This document shows positions 34,789 to 35,072 of a stretch of DNA of 35,072 bases, piece by piece (positions within the stretch are counted from its first letter, which is position 1; every line of letters begins with the position of its first letter). The DNA is from Alphaproteobacteria bacterium. GTDB taxonomy: Bacteria > Pseudomonadota > Alphaproteobacteria > UBA9655. The stretch lies in NCBI GenBank assembly GCA_035531295.1, contig DATKTE010000294.1:1-35072 (forward strand), written 5' to 3'. The position numbers and the translations under genes are program-made. Under the pieces are notes generated by a model. It was not told the origin of the DNA and searched no databases. It was given only the letters and a program-made list of their open reading frames with translations.

Positions 34789-34985
34789 ATGCTGTTTTAC
34801 ATTCGTTAGCTCTTAGCCTGTTGACGAGAAGAGCCTCAGTCAAGCAATGCTAAATTTCTTTTGGAAAACAAGCATTTCTTGCCAAGGATGACATTGGAAG
34901 GCGGGTATTTACTTAGAAATAGATTGCCTTTAACAAATAAATATTATAAATAAGATGATATTGTTTTCAATATGTGGTGTTTTTT

Positions 34986-35072
34986 ATGAATCGTTGTTCT
35001 CTCATTTTAATGAGTACTTTTCTTACAGGAACTATTCTTTCTGCTCAAGCGAATCCATTCAAAGATGTGGAA
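34986..35072 (+). CDS. 5' end of a secreted/periplasmic protein (partial, runs off window)
   Basis: ATG 34986 opens MNRCSLILMSTFLTGTILSAQANPFKDVE, which is signal-peptide-like with an AQA cleavage motif and stays open to the window end. Only 29 codons are visible. Confidence 0.4.
   Translation, partial: MNRCSLILMSTFLTGTILSAQANPFKDVE

Noticed and set aside
1-35072. Looked for rRNA, tRNA, CRISPR arrays, transposases/IS ends, integrases, phage genes and known defence-system genes.
   Set aside because: I found none by eye: no T-loop/acceptor signatures, no regularly spaced direct repeats, and no DDE, tyrosine- or serine-recombinase-like ORFs. mazEF is the only defence-like or addiction module. 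A tRNAscan/Infernal pass would be needed to be certain about small RNAs.

Overview
This is a chromosomal, mostly housekeeping segment of an AT-rich genome. It looks alphaproteobacterial (hdaA, a divK/pleD-like pair, tkt-gap with ATGA overlap, thiBP behind a THI element) and probably host-associated; both points are inference. I support about 35 protein genes. Left to right: thiP (partial), thiB, OmpA-like lipoprotein, ADP-forming acetate-CoA ligase, an orphan secreted protein, rlmB, a 7.5-kb c-di-GMP signalling operon, bdhA, phbB, a periplasmic hypothetical, pgsA, an AI-2E transporter, hdaA, sixA, an AdoMetDC-like protein, rpmE, comM, rsmI-yraN-dolP plus a hypothetical, a small Cys-rich secreted protein with a bicupin, an orphan secreted protein, 5-formyl-THF cyclo-ligase, DUF1343/NamZ, mazEF, a broken XRE antitoxin, tkt, gap, and the start of a secreted protein. 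The signalling operon is a 5-PAS hybrid histidine kinase, a DivK-like response regulator, and a REC-REC-GAF-PAS-GAF-GGDEF protein followed by an EAL domain. I saw no rRNA, tRNA, CRISPR array, transposase or phage gene. Non-coding calls are a TPP riboswitch with a good promoter, a candidate 6S RNA upstream of the cyclo-ligase gene, several hairpin terminators, a three-copy palindromic (MITE/RPE-like) repeat family, a 24-bp palindrome present twice, and a 253-bp nested palindrome after gap. I found no clear new multi-gene system. The observations most worth a second look are: (1) a palindromic element retained in-frame inside thiB, between the riboswitch-gated start codon and the signal peptide; (2) a single in-frame TAA splitting an otherwise intact GGDEF-EAL fusion at the end of the kinase operon; (3) the unannotated 6S-like RNA; (4) the shared palindromic hairpin and the large composite palindrome. 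Everything rests on reading the sequence and the ORF track by eye, with no searches run. Several start codons are re-assigned from the ORF track, which shows TTG and GTG starts as M.
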